A stretch of 28,703 bases of DNA from assembly GCA_044451405.1 (NCBI GenBank), contig JBIOKB010000010.1, forward strand, positions 1 through 28,703. Reading direction: 5' to 3'. This DNA comes from Candidatus Babeliales bacterium (lineage in GTDB: Bacteria > Babelota > Babeliae > Babelales > Vermiphilaceae). The notes below the pieces were generated by a model. The model did no database searches and was not told where the DNA came from. It worked only from the letters and a program-made list of their open reading frames with translations. Of this stretch, positions 1-8,983 are shown in pieces (within the stretch, counting starts at the first letter, position 1; every line of letters starts with the position of its first letter). The position numbers and the translations under genes were made by a program.

Positions 1-512
1 ACCACATACTCAACACCTGATTGTACACACGCATCAAAAAAGACGTGCAAATAATCGGGTTGTGGTGTTGTTAAACTCATGGGAAATCGTTGGCCGTTAA
101 TCATGTTATATACCGTACTTACCAGTGCCGTGTTATATCCCGATGAACGAAGCACATGTTCAAGCACAAAAGAGCTGGTAGTTTTACCCTTGGTGCCGGT
201 AATGCCAATGATCTTAAGTTTGCGTGCTGGATAATTAAGCGCTCGTGCACTTAACGTAGCAAGAGCTAAGCGCGTATTTGTAACTCGTTCAATGCGAGTA
301 TTATGAGCACTAATTGCATGCTCAATAGGTAATGGGAGAACTACATCATGCTCAAGCACAATGGTAGTAGCCCCTTTTTCAAGGGCAGTAAGAATGTAAT
401 TAACGCCATCGTGATTGTAGCCTTTGATAACCACAAACGTTGAATTAGGCCCTACATGATCAGTGTGACAGGTGACCGGGAATATTGTAGGAAGTGTTGT
501 AATACGTTGCAT
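1..512 (-). CDS. murE: UDP-N-acetylmuramoyl-tripeptide synthetase (MurE), 5' part; runs off the window start
   Basis: Not in the ORF track. Manual translation from ATG at 512: MQRITTLPTIFPVTCHTDHVGPNSTFVVIKGYNHDG...KLKIIGITGTKGKTTSS...SLTTPQPDYLH. Has the Mur ligase N-domain, the P-loop and the MurE-type TTP motif. Confidence 0.9.
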   Translation of the reverse strand, partial: MQRITTLPTIFPVTCHTDHVGPNSTFVVIKGYNHDGVNYILTALEKGATTIVLEHDVVLPLPIEHAISAHNTRIERVTNTRLALATLSARALNYPARKLKIIGITGTKGKTTSSFVLEHVLRSSGYNTALVSTVYNMINGQRFPMSLTTPQPDYLHVFFDACVQSGVEYV

Positions 513-521
513 GGTATACCC

Positions 522-1856
522 TCATTCAGCATGCTGTTCATATGAACGTAACCCAGAACGAATCACAGGTAATAGATAGAGAATGCCAAACAAATTGATT
601 GCAAGCATGCACGCAATAAAAATATCACTCATCGCCCACAGTAAATGAACTTCCATGAGTACTCCCGCTACTGCTACTGCACAATAGGCAAGTGCAAACA
701 ATCGCGCATACTGCTGACCAAACAAAAATTGCCATGCTTCACGGGTAATATACGCAAATACAACCATAACCCCAATACCAAAGCTCACCGATAAAAAGCT
801 GACCATCCAACCAGCAAAAGCCCCAAATACCGTTTCATACACAGCAATAGTTAATGCGGTGCTGGTTAATCCACTATCCCACAAACCACTTGCAATAATA
901 CAGAGCGAGATAATAAAACAACCAAGCGTACTAATAAAAGTACTCAACATGGACATGACACCGATCTTAACTGCTTGATTGCTCCCGGTTGAACCAAATA
1001 ATATGGCAGCAGTACCAAGACCAGATTCGGTTGCAAAAATAGAACGCAAAATACCAAAACGCATTGCTTGTTGTACCGTAAAACCAAGAACACCACCGGC
1101 AAGTGCTAGCGGATGAAAAGCACTCGTAATAATAAGATTAAGCGCTCCGGGTAATGCATGGGCATGGTAAATAAGTACCACTACTGTTGAACCAAAAAAG
1201 AGCACCACTTTAAAAGGCACTATTTTAGCCGAAAGACGTACAATACGCCCCGCACCACCACTGACTACGTACCAGACAAACGCAAGTAACACGAGCGCAA
1301 TAGCCGTTGGTGATATTCCCCACGTTTTTACTAAACTAATCCGAATTGAGTTTGTTTGCAGTGCGTTGCCCATCAAAAAGCCAAGACACAAGCAGCAGAC
1401 AGCATATATATAACTGAGCACACGACCTCCAGTAATACTGCGTAAATAGAGCATTGGTCCGCCAAGACCAACTTGAGTAGTTTTACTACCGTAATAAATA
1501 CTCAAATACACTTCCGCCAACCGTACTGACATAAGTAAAAATCCAGCAGCAAGCACCCAAAAGGCTGCCCCAGGGCCACCTGAATAAATAGCTGTTGCCA
1601 TACCAGCAATACTGCCATTACCTAAATTAGCACTTAATGTATTAATAAATGCTTGCAGCGGTGTCATTGAATCTGCACTCTGCTGCTCTGTTGGTTGTAC
1701 TGGAAAAAGAACGTAACTCCATGCGCGCAAAAAGTAGCGAAACTGTGCAAAGTTGAGCGCACTAGTACAGATAAGACCAACAGCAAGTACGTATATAATA
1801 AGAATCCAGCTACCAGTCCACGCACTGATAGCATGTATGCAATGTTCAAAAGTCAT
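522..1856 (-). CDS. Alanine/glycine:cation symporter (AGCS) family amino-acid carrier, paralogue 2
   Basis: 444 aa polytopic membrane protein with AGCS motifs TPLQA, GGPGAAFW, GGPMLY, Q-T-N, ESGLG and C-terminal INLFGI. Confidence 0.93.
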   Translation of the reverse strand: MTFEHCIHAISAWTGSWILIIYVLAVGLICTSALNFAQFRYFLRAWSYVLFPVQPTEQQSADSMTPLQAFINTLSANLGNGSIAGMATAIYSGGPGAAFWVLAAGFLLMSVRLAEVYLSIYYGSKTTQVGLGGPMLYLRSITGGRVLSYIYAVCCLCLGFLMGNALQTNSIRISLVKTWGISPTAIALVLLAFVWYVVSGGAGRIVRLSAKIVPFKVVLFFGSTVVVLIYHAHALPGALNLIITSAFHPLALAGGVLGFTVQQAMRFGILRSIFATESGLGTAAILFGSTGSNQAVKIGVMSMLSTFISTLGCFIISLCIIASGLWDSGLTSTALTIAVYETVFGAFAGWMVSFLSVSFGIGVMVVFAYITREAWQFLFGQQYARLFALAYCAVAVAGVLMEVHLLWAMSDIFIACMLAINLFGILYLLPVIRSGLRSYEQHAE

Positions 1857-1876
1857 GTAAATCCTTGATATCTAGA

Positions 1877-3229
1877 TTAGGTTTGATTGGAAGCTTTAAA
1901 ATCTTGTACGCCTTTTATGATAATGGGCAACAAGTAGAGCACACCAAAGAGGTTGATCGCAAGCATGCCGGCAGTCATGATATCAATGAGTAACCACATC
2001 GAACAGACATTAAAAAAGACACCAATAAAAGCGGTAAGGCAGTACATTACTTTAAATACCAAACGCATCAGTTTAGTATCACCAACTAAGTACAACCATG
2101 CTTCTTCGGTAATGTAGGCAAATGCTACTAACACACCCATACCAAACGTAATAGATAAGAAACTGACCACCCAACCACCAAGCCAGCCAAATACGGTATT
2201 AAATGATGCAATAGTAAGTGCAGTACTAGTTAATCCACTATCCCACACACCACTGGCAACAATACACAGGGCAATCATAAAACAAACGAGCGTACTAATA
2301 AACGTACTCAACATGGATAAAATACCATCTTTTACGGGCTCTTTGCTTCCGGTAGCACCAAATAAAATAGCTGCGGTACCAAGGCCTGATTCTGTTGCTA
2401 ACACCGTACGTAAAATGCCGTACCGCATTGCTTGTTGTATACCAAAACCTAAGGCGCCACCTGCAAGTGCTACTGGACTAAATGCACTTTTGATGATCAA
2501 AGAAAGCGCACTGCCAATTGATTGATAATGGTACGCAAGTACGATGATACTTGAGCCAAAAAAGATGCCAACTTTTAATGGAACAATGGCTTCTGATGCT
2601 TTTACAATACGGGCTGAACCACCACTAACCACAAATAAAATGAAGAGGGTTGCTATAACTGCCGTTACTACGTACGGAACTCCCCATGTTGTTGCAACAC
2701 TCAATCCAATAGAATTGGTCTGCATCGCATTACCGGTAATAATACTTAATAAGAAACAGAAAATTGCATACAAAAACGCAAGCACGCGCCCACCAACAAC
2801 ACTACGTAAATAGAGCATTGGCCCACCAAGTCCACCTTGACCCTTGTCCGCTGGATTTTTAGCAAAAGCAGAAAAATAGGTACTCAGGTACACTTCTGCA
2901 AAACGAACTGACATCATAATAAGCCCCATAGCAACTACCCAAAATGCAGCTCCTGGGCCTCCTGAGTAGACCGCAGCTGCCATACCAGCAACACTGCCGT
3001 TACCTAAATTAGCACTGAGCGTATTAATAAATGCTTGGATGGGACTCATTGTTCCCTGGGTGGTACGCGTAGCCGGGAACAACATATATTTCCAGGCTTG
3101 CATGAAATAACGAATTTGAATGAAGCTGAGCGCAACCGTACACACGATACCTGCACCGACGGCAAATATAATGAGTGGCCAACCACTTATCCAAGAATGT
3201 AATATCTGGATGAGTATCTCAACGTTCAT
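1877..3229 (-). CDS. Alanine/glycine:cation symporter (AGCS) family amino-acid carrier, paralogue 1
   Basis: 450 aa with the same motifs (SPIQA, GGPGAAFW, GGPMLY, ESGLG). AAGGAG RBS upstream. Confidence 0.93.
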   Translation of the reverse strand: MNVEILIQILHSWISGWPLIIFAVGAGIVCTVALSFIQIRYFMQAWKYMLFPATRTTQGTMSPIQAFINTLSANLGNGSVAGMAAAVYSGGPGAAFWVVAMGLIMMSVRFAEVYLSTYFSAFAKNPADKGQGGLGGPMLYLRSVVGGRVLAFLYAIFCFLLSIITGNAMQTNSIGLSVATTWGVPYVVTAVIATLFILFVVSGGSARIVKASEAIVPLKVGIFFGSSIIVLAYHYQSIGSALSLIIKSAFSPVALAGGALGFGIQQAMRYGILRTVLATESGLGTAAILFGATGSKEPVKDGILSMLSTFISTLVCFMIALCIVASGVWDSGLTSTALTIASFNTVFGWLGGWVVSFLSITFGMGVLVAFAYITEEAWLYLVGDTKLMRLVFKVMYCLTAFIGVFFNVCSMWLLIDIMTAGMLAINLFGVLYLLPIIIKGVQDFKASNQT

Positions 3230-3344
3230 AAAAACTCCTTATAGTCCGCAGAGGGACTTTTACACGATTTGTATATACACTAGCGGTACAGTATACTTAT
3301 TTTATGACTTATTTAAACCTTTATACACCTCAAAAAATTACCCT

Positions 3345-3767
3345 ATGAAATGCTTTGCTCTTGATGTTGGCGATGTATGGACCGGAAGCGCAATTTCTGA
3401 TGCTGCCGGCTTTTTTGCTCGACCATATCAAACGATACGCACCACAGACCTTATTCCCTTCTTAACTGAACTTCTGAATAAAGAACCGATCACGCATATT
3501 GCTGTTGGTCATCCAAAAACATTGCGTGGCACCAGTTCTGACCAGACAAAAAAAGTCGAAACACTATTTAAAGAGCTGCAAAATCATTTTAAAACGGTAA
3601 CGTGGATTCTATGGGATGAACGTTTAAGCAGTAAACAGGCGCAAACCCTTAAACATGCAAAAACAAAACAAGAAAAAATAGATTCCCATTCTGTTGCCGC
3701 CGCATTTATTTTATCTACCTATCTTGAATTTAGAGCTCTACAAGCCAATCAAGAGTCACCTTCATGA
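3345..3767 (+). CDS. ruvX: RuvX/YqgF pre-16S rRNA nuclease (Holliday junction resolvase-like)
   Basis: From ATG 3345: ALDVGDVWTGSAISD...VGHP...WDERLSS...HSVAAAFILSTYL. The track's start at 3120 overlaps the divergent AGCS gene and is unlikely. Confidence 0.9.
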   Translation: MKCFALDVGDVWTGSAISDAAGFFARPYQTIRTTDLIPFLTELLNKEPITHIAVGHPKTLRGTSSDQTKKVETLFKELQNHFKTVTWILWDERLSSKQAQTLKHAKTKQEKIDSHSVAAAFILSTYLEFRALQANQESPS

Positions 3768-3774
3768 CCCATCA

Positions 3775-3804
3775 TTGACGAACCAAGGAATGATGTCCTA
3801 TATT
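3775..3804 (+). promoter_or_regulatory. Candidate sigma70 promoter for the Zn-ribbon gene and tsaB
   Basis: TTGACG (3775-3780), 18-bp spacer, TATATT (3799-3804). Confidence 0.45.
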
Positions 3805-3894
3805 TTTAAAAAAGGCGTTTGATCTTTGAAGCATATGGGTATTGATATTCTCCCTGACGTGCACCTACTCTTAAAAAAAGGAGAGGATTGGTTC

Positions 3895-4074
3895 ATGAAG
3901 TGTAAAAAATGTGGCGGCCTTATGGTATTACAATCATTTTTTGATCACTTTTTAAATTTCGATGGGTGGAAATGCTTAAATTGTGGTAAAGTTATTTTAA
4001 AGAAAGATAAAAGTATTGAGTTTGATGCTTTTAGTATATTTTACCAACAATCTAAATGTAAAAATCGCAGCTAA
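3895..4074 (+). CDS. Small zinc-ribbon protein (59 aa), function unknown
   Basis: GGAGAGG RBS then ATG 3895. MKCKKCGGLM...DGWKCLNCGK contains two CxxC knuckles. Confidence 0.8.
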   Translation: MKCKKCGGLMVLQSFFDHFLNFDGWKCLNCGKVILKKDKSIEFDAFSIFYQQSKCKNRS

Positions 4075-4079
4075 CATTC

Positions 4080-4742
4080 ATGACATATTTGGCCATTCAA
4101 AACACCTATGATCAGGTTCAAATCGGCTTATGCAAAAACCAAACCATCATAGCACGCACCACTATCGATAAAATTCATGCAAACGCACAGTGCATTCCTG
4201 CACTTGATGTCCTATTATCTGAACACAATCTCATCGTCTCCGATCTCACCTACATTATTACCAATTGTGGCCCTGGACCTTTTACCACACTCCGTGTTGT
4301 GCTTGCTACCATTAATGGCATACACTACGCATCACAGATACCGCTTGTTGGCATTGATTCCCTTGATGCCATAATCGAAGAATATCGCAATCCAGCTTAC
4401 ATAAATGTTGCTCTCTTAAACGCATTCAATCAGGATGTGTATTATGCCATTGCAGATACCAATGGGATACGCAAGGGATGTCAAAATATCTCGCACTTCA
4501 TTGCAGAACTCGCACACATCTACCCGCAACAACCTATCCAATTTGTGGGTAATGGGGCACTGTTGCACCAAGAACATATCCTCAATGCTTTTGGCTCATA
4601 CGCCATTATGCCAACACCTATGCCTGAAACCTGCTCTCTTGATCAGATTCACCGCATGGGGGTAAAGAAATGGCACGAAGGCAAGGGGCAAAGAACTCCA
4701 TTAACCCCGCACTATCTTAAGAGTGCTCATCCCAAACTTTAA
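4080..4742 (+). CDS. tsaB: tRNA threonylcarbamoyladenosine biosynthesis protein TsaB
   Basis: YLAIQNT, GPGPFTTLRV (canonical GPGSFTGLR), LVGIDSLD and C-terminal PLTPHYLK; 220 aa. Confidence 0.92.
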   Translation: MTYLAIQNTYDQVQIGLCKNQTIIARTTIDKIHANAQCIPALDVLLSEHNLIVSDLTYIITNCGPGPFTTLRVVLATINGIHYASQIPLVGIDSLDAIIEEYRNPAYINVALLNAFNQDVYYAIADTNGIRKGCQNISHFIAELAHIYPQQPIQFVGNGALLHQEHILNAFGSYAIMPTPMPETCSLDQIHRMGVKKWHEGKGQRTPLTPHYLKSAHPKL

Positions 4743-4900
4743 AATCTATTCTTGGGCTCGAGCTTCGCACATCTTTTTTCGAGGGCGTCACGCTCAGCTC
4801 GCGCATCCCACTTTTTATCTCCATATAATAGTCCAACACTGGCACTAAAAACTAATAACAACCCTAATAACAGATGAACTCCCGATTTCTCACGCTTCAT
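4739..4900 (-). CDS. Small signal-peptide or membrane-anchored hypothetical protein (53 aa)
   Basis: Not in the track. GAAAGGGA RBS, then MKREKSGVHLLLGLLLVFSASVGLLYGDKKWDARAERDALEKRCAKLEPKNRF*. Its stop overlaps the tsaB stop. Confidence 0.65.
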   Translation of the reverse strand: MKREKSGVHLLLGLLLVFSASVGLLYGDKKWDARAERDALEKRCAKLEPKNRF

Positions 4901-5035
4901 ACGTTCCCTTTCTTAACCGTATAAAAAATAAGGTAAAGGAAGGGGGTCGTCCAAATCAATACCTCCTACCCTTTAATGGGAAAAAGGCTATTTTTACCCT
5001 GAATTTACCCCCTTAGGACATGATAAATTGCCTAT

Positions 5036-5066
5036 TTGACATATCAATAAAAAAGTGTAGTATAAT
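5036..5066 (+). promoter_or_regulatory. Candidate sigma70 promoter for the secreted-protein pair
   Basis: TTGACA (5036-5041) and TATAAT (5061-5066) with a 19-bp spacer, or TAGTAT at a 16-bp spacer. Confidence 0.6.
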
Positions 5067-5095
5067 AAATAAACTCATAAATAGGAGTGTTTTTC

Positions 5096-5467
5096 ATGTT
5101 GTCAGTAAGACGGTATATGATAGTAGGATTAATAGCGGCAACCATAAGCTGCATGCAAACCAATGCCATGGGGTGCTTATGTCAATGCACCTGCAAACCC
5201 CCTGCCCGTGTCACTGTTACCGTTATACAGCAACAAGGACAACAAACATCCCCCTCCGTTTATCCGGGCCTGGTGCGTCAGAACGCACTACTTGAAGCTC
5301 GGGAAACTTCGGCGGACAGGCAGGCAGCTCCTGCACCGCAAGAGATGGAAGAACCTCACAGAGAACAATCTCAAGAATCGCAGTTCCCAGGACAACCAAT
5401 GCAGTTGGATAGTATTCCTGAAGCACCCGAAAACGAAGAAATTCCTGGCAGCGTACCCCAAGCATAG
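5096..5467 (+). CDS. Putative secreted, largely disordered protein (candidate effector)
   Basis: AGGAG RBS at 5083-5087, ATG 5096. Signal peptide ending QTNA, then MGCLCQCTCK and a Q/P/E-rich tail. Confidence 0.75.
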   Translation: MLSVRRYMIVGLIAATISCMQTNAMGCLCQCTCKPPARVTVTVIQQQGQQTSPSVYPGLVRQNALLEARETSADRQAAPAPQEMEEPHREQSQESQFPGQPMQLDSIPEAPENEEIPGSVPQA

Positions 5468-5491
5468 ACGTATTAAATTAATGGAATAAAA

Positions 5492-6304
5492 ATGAAAAAA
5501 TTATATATAACCCTGGTGCGCCCATGCGCACTATTTTTTGCCCTTCTCGTAGGACTCGCAGCAACACAGAGTAATGCATGCGATTGTTCATGTTTGTTTA
5601 GATGTTTGGGTGAACAGGATCAAGTTCAACAGATAACAATCAACGTAGCACCTACCGCGCAAGCGATGCCTGCACCTGCTGTACAAATACCCAAACTTGA
5701 ACTAGAAAAACCTCAACGCCATAAACTTGATGAAGCGCGAGAACCTCAACAAGGCTATGAGCTTAAAGCTGATACACGCGCACCCGCACGGCAACCGCAT
5801 AAACCTCAGTCAGTTAATGTACTTGAAAAAGTAAGGCAGTTACCACCTTCTCCTTCGCCAACATTAACACTAACACGCAAGCAACTCTCTCGAATTAAAA
5901 AACCTTCACAGGCACAGGCAGTCCAGTACTTACCTGCCCAATCAGTCACTATTTCTATATCTCCGGCATTCAAAGCGCATATAATTGAACCTCAAGAACA
6001 GGACCCTAAACGCATCCTGCTTGATGCTATTAAAGGGAGAGATAGAGAAACAGCGCTTCAACTTCTTGATTCAGGGGCATTAACCAAAGAACAATTAACT
6101 GCACGTAGTAAATATGGTAAAACTCCCATCCTCTACGCAATACGCCATGAATACTGGGATGTAGCTACAAAATTGGTACAGTTAAATGTAGAAATACCTG
6201 AATTCGAAACTATAAGAACCGTCGTAATCCCAGATGAAGAGCCTGAAAAATATAGACGCTGTCTGATAGGATACGCTTCACTATGTTTTGCATCTCTTAA
6301 CTAG
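5492..6304 (+). CDS. Signal-peptide protein with C-terminal ankyrin repeats
   Basis: Signal peptide ending QSNA, Cys cluster, P/Q-rich linker, then LLDAIKGRDRETALQLLDSGA...YGKTPILYAIRHEYWDVATKLV (about 2 ankyrin repeats). Confidence 0.8.
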   Translation: MKKLYITLVRPCALFFALLVGLAATQSNACDCSCLFRCLGEQDQVQQITINVAPTAQAMPAPAVQIPKLELEKPQRHKLDEAREPQQGYELKADTRAPARQPHKPQSVNVLEKVRQLPPSPSPTLTLTRKQLSRIKKPSQAQAVQYLPAQSVTISISPAFKAHIIEPQEQDPKRILLDAIKGRDRETALQLLDSGALTKEQLTARSKYGKTPILYAIRHEYWDVATKLVQLNVEIPEFETIRTVVIPDEEPEKYRRCLIGYASLCFASLN

Positions 6305-6328
6305 GAGAAAAACAAGGCTTCTACAAAA

Positions 6329-7093
6329 TCACTCGCGCAACGACGATCGCAAAGCCCCCACGGCCACCACTAATGCATCCTGCGCACGCAAAATAGTTGG
6401 CGTCAGCTTGCAAAATATAACCTTGTTTTGCACAAGCAACTCTTTTTCTTCTGCCGTTAAATCCCCTTCAGGGCCAATCATAATCCCCACGTGTGCTGGT
6501 TTATCAGCATGTAGGGTGTTCAATACCTCTAATAATGGTTTGCCCGTAGGATCACAAAAAATGGTAGGGTGAGTACTCAGATGTTGTACAACGTCGTTAA
6601 AATCCCGTATCTCATCTAAGACAGGAAACACAACATTTTTCGATTGTTCAGCTGCAGCAATCATACACGCACGCGCATGATCGAGCTCTTTACTTGAATA
6701 AACCCGGTGCACTTTGTGGGTTTTAATAAGCTGAACCTGCGTTGCGCCTAATTCTACACAGGCATACAACGCTTGCTCTAACGCTTCTTTTTTAAGCAAT
6801 GGTACATAACAGGTTATTTCTGGCTTAATTATGCGATTTTGCTTTATCTGTTCAACAACTACACTCACGTTCTTTTTATCTATCTGCACTACGCGCACTT
6901 GCGCGTGCTGCTTTCTATCAAACAAAATACAGGTTTCACCAACTGCTAAGCGCAGTACCCGTGCTATGCGATGCACAAGAGGGGGATCATTGAGGTCAAC
7001 GTGCATACCCGCTTTTCCAAACAACGTTGAGCAGGGTTCGTAAAACAGCGCAAATTGGTGCGCTTCAGTTGCTATCTTTTTCTTCATGCTCAT
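6329..7093 (-). CDS. rsmE: 16S rRNA m3U1498 methyltransferase RsmE
   Basis: HRIARVLRL, CVELGA, AAAEQS, IGPEGDLT and ILRAQDA SPOUT motifs. Start is probably ATG 7093 or 7087. Confidence 0.93.
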   Translation of the reverse strand: MSMKKKIATEAHQFALFYEPCSTLFGKAGMHVDLNDPPLVHRIARVLRLAVGETCILFDRKQHAQVRVVQIDKKNVSVVVEQIKQNRIIKPEITCYVPLLKKEALEQALYACVELGATQVQLIKTHKVHRVYSSKELDHARACMIAAAEQSKNVVFPVLDEIRDFNDVVQHLSTHPTIFCDPTGKPLLEVLNTLHADKPAHVGIMIGPEGDLTAEEKELLVQNKVIFCKLTPTILRAQDALVVAVGALRSSLRE

Positions 7094-7385
7094 CCTGTGA
7101 ACCTGACAATGCACTTAACTGATGCATAATATACTGCTTAACGTATATGCAGTTTATTAAAATAGCGGTACCAATTTTCTTCAACCAAAATTCTGCCGTT
7201 GATACCGGTTTTATTTCCGGTGCTTCCTGCGTAGGATTTTGACGCTCATCATCCAATAATGCATCAACAGAATCCATGCCCGCCGTTTCAGATACCACTA
7301 CAGATTGCTCTGTTTTATTACTCTCCTGAGCATGCAACGTATTTAAAGACGTTACCAATAATAAAAGACAAAATATTCGTTTCAT
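7065..7385 (-). CDS. Hypothetical exported protein (106 aa)
   Basis: AGGGG RBS, then MKRIFCLLLLVTSLNTLHA|QES, a classic signal peptide. 3' end overlaps the rsmE start. Confidence 0.7.
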   Translation of the reverse strand: MKRIFCLLLLVTSLNTLHAQESNKTEQSVVVSETAGMDSVDALLDDERQNPTQEAPEIKPVSTAEFWLKKIGTAILINCIYVKQYIMHQLSALSGSQDEHEEKDSN

Positions 7386-7480
7386 GAGACCCCTAATAAT
7401 AACATGATAAGATCTATAGTATAAACCATTAGCCCCAGAAAATAAAAGTGCTATGCTCACTCCTATATTAAGGAGTTTTC

Positions 7481-8983
7481 ATGAAGCATACACCCCCTAC
7501 CGCACTGGTTATTCTTGATGGCTTTGGCTATCGGACAGAAAAAGAAGGCAACGCCATAGCGCTCGCCCACACACCACATCTTGATCAATGGTTCTCTGAG
7601 TATCCACACACCATACTACAAGCCTCTGGCCCTGCCGTAGGCCTATTTCCTGGCATGATGGGCAATTCTGAAGTTGGTCACTTAACTATAGGCGCAGGGC
7701 GTGTTATTGAGCAACCAGTGGTAACCATTCATACTGCTATTGCCAATAAATCATTATTCAAAAATGAGCAGCTCATAAGCACATTAAAAAAAGTAGCGCA
7801 GCAGCAAAGTGCACTGCACATCATGGGGTTACTCTCTGATGCAGGCGTGCATAGTGATGTTGAACATCTGTATGCCTTTTTGGATGCTGCCCATCAACAC
7901 AACGTTAAACATGTATACATTCACGCATTTTTAGATGGCCGTGATACGCCACCACAATCAGCAGCAATCTATTTAGAACAACTTGAAAATGCTATTACTG
8001 CCTTTGGCTACGGATCGTTAGGCTCTATCCATGGCCGTTTTTATGCCATGGATCGTGATGGTAATTGGGATCGCACGCAAAAAAGTTATCTGGTGTTAAC
8101 AACAGTACAGGATACCATACCTGCGCCCTGGCAAGATGTGTTGGAAAAACAGTATAAACAGGGCGTCACTGACGAATTTATTATCCCTACCCAAATTGAT
8201 CCTACCAGCACTATCCAAGCCGGCGATGCCGTTATATTTTTTAACCTACGCCCTGACCGCGCTCGCCAGTTAACCAGCTGTTTTGTTGAGCAATCGTTTA
8301 ATCACTTTCCAAGAACGCACATTCCCCTTACCAGCTTTATTACGCCCGTTGCATACAGCCCTACATTAAACACTACCGTACTGTTTCCCACTCAGCCCAT
8401 TCACCCAACACTCAAGGAGCTGTTATCAAAAGCAGGTAAAACACTATTCTCCATTGCTGAAACGGAAAAATATGCCCATGTCACCTATTTTTTTGGTGGC
8501 GGCACTGAAAAGCCGTTTCCTCATGAAACGCAGATGCTCATTCCCTCTATTAAAGCGCGCAATTATGTAGAGCATCCTGAGATGTCAGCACCACAGATTA
8601 CTGATGCGGTGATAACATCACTGCAGAACAACCCTGCTGATTTTTATTTAATTAATTACGCTAACGCTGATATGGTTGGCCACTCGGGAAATGTAGAAGC
8701 TACTATTAAAGCAATTGAATGCTTAGATCGTGAATTAGGGAGATTATATAAAGCTCTTGTACAAGAACGTAATGGCACGCTGTATATCACGGCTGATCAT
8801 GGCAATGCTGAGCAGATGATTGATGCGGTTACTCACCAGCCACACACTCGGCATACTACCAATCCCGTGCCATTTATTGTAATTAAAATGGGAGCTGCAC
8901 CTAAGGTACAGCTCCCATTAAAAGAATTATCCGATATCGCTGCGTTTATTTTACAAGATATCCATGTGATCATACGTCCATGA
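7481..8983 (+). CDS. gpmI: 2,3-bisphosphoglycerate-independent phosphoglycerate mutase
   Basis: LVILDGFG, MGNSEVGH, DGRD, GRFYAMDRD, AETEKYAHVT, NADMVGH and TADHGNAE; AAGGAG RBS. Confidence 0.97.
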   Translation: MKHTPPTALVILDGFGYRTEKEGNAIALAHTPHLDQWFSEYPHTILQASGPAVGLFPGMMGNSEVGHLTIGAGRVIEQPVVTIHTAIANKSLFKNEQLISTLKKVAQQQSALHIMGLLSDAGVHSDVEHLYAFLDAAHQHNVKHVYIHAFLDGRDTPPQSAAIYLEQLENAITAFGYGSLGSIHGRFYAMDRDGNWDRTQKSYLVLTTVQDTIPAPWQDVLEKQYKQGVTDEFIIPTQIDPTSTIQAGDAVIFFNLRPDRARQLTSCFVEQSFNHFPRTHIPLTSFITPVAYSPTLNTTVLFPTQPIHPTLKELLSKAGKTLFSIAETEKYAHVTYFFGGGTEKPFPHETQMLIPSIKARNYVEHPEMSAPQITDAVITSLQNNPADFYLINYANADMVGHSGNVEATIKAIECLDRELGRLYKALVQERNGTLYITADHGNAEQMIDAVTHQPHTRHTTNPVPFIVIKMGAAPKVQLPLKELSDIAAFILQDIHVIIRP

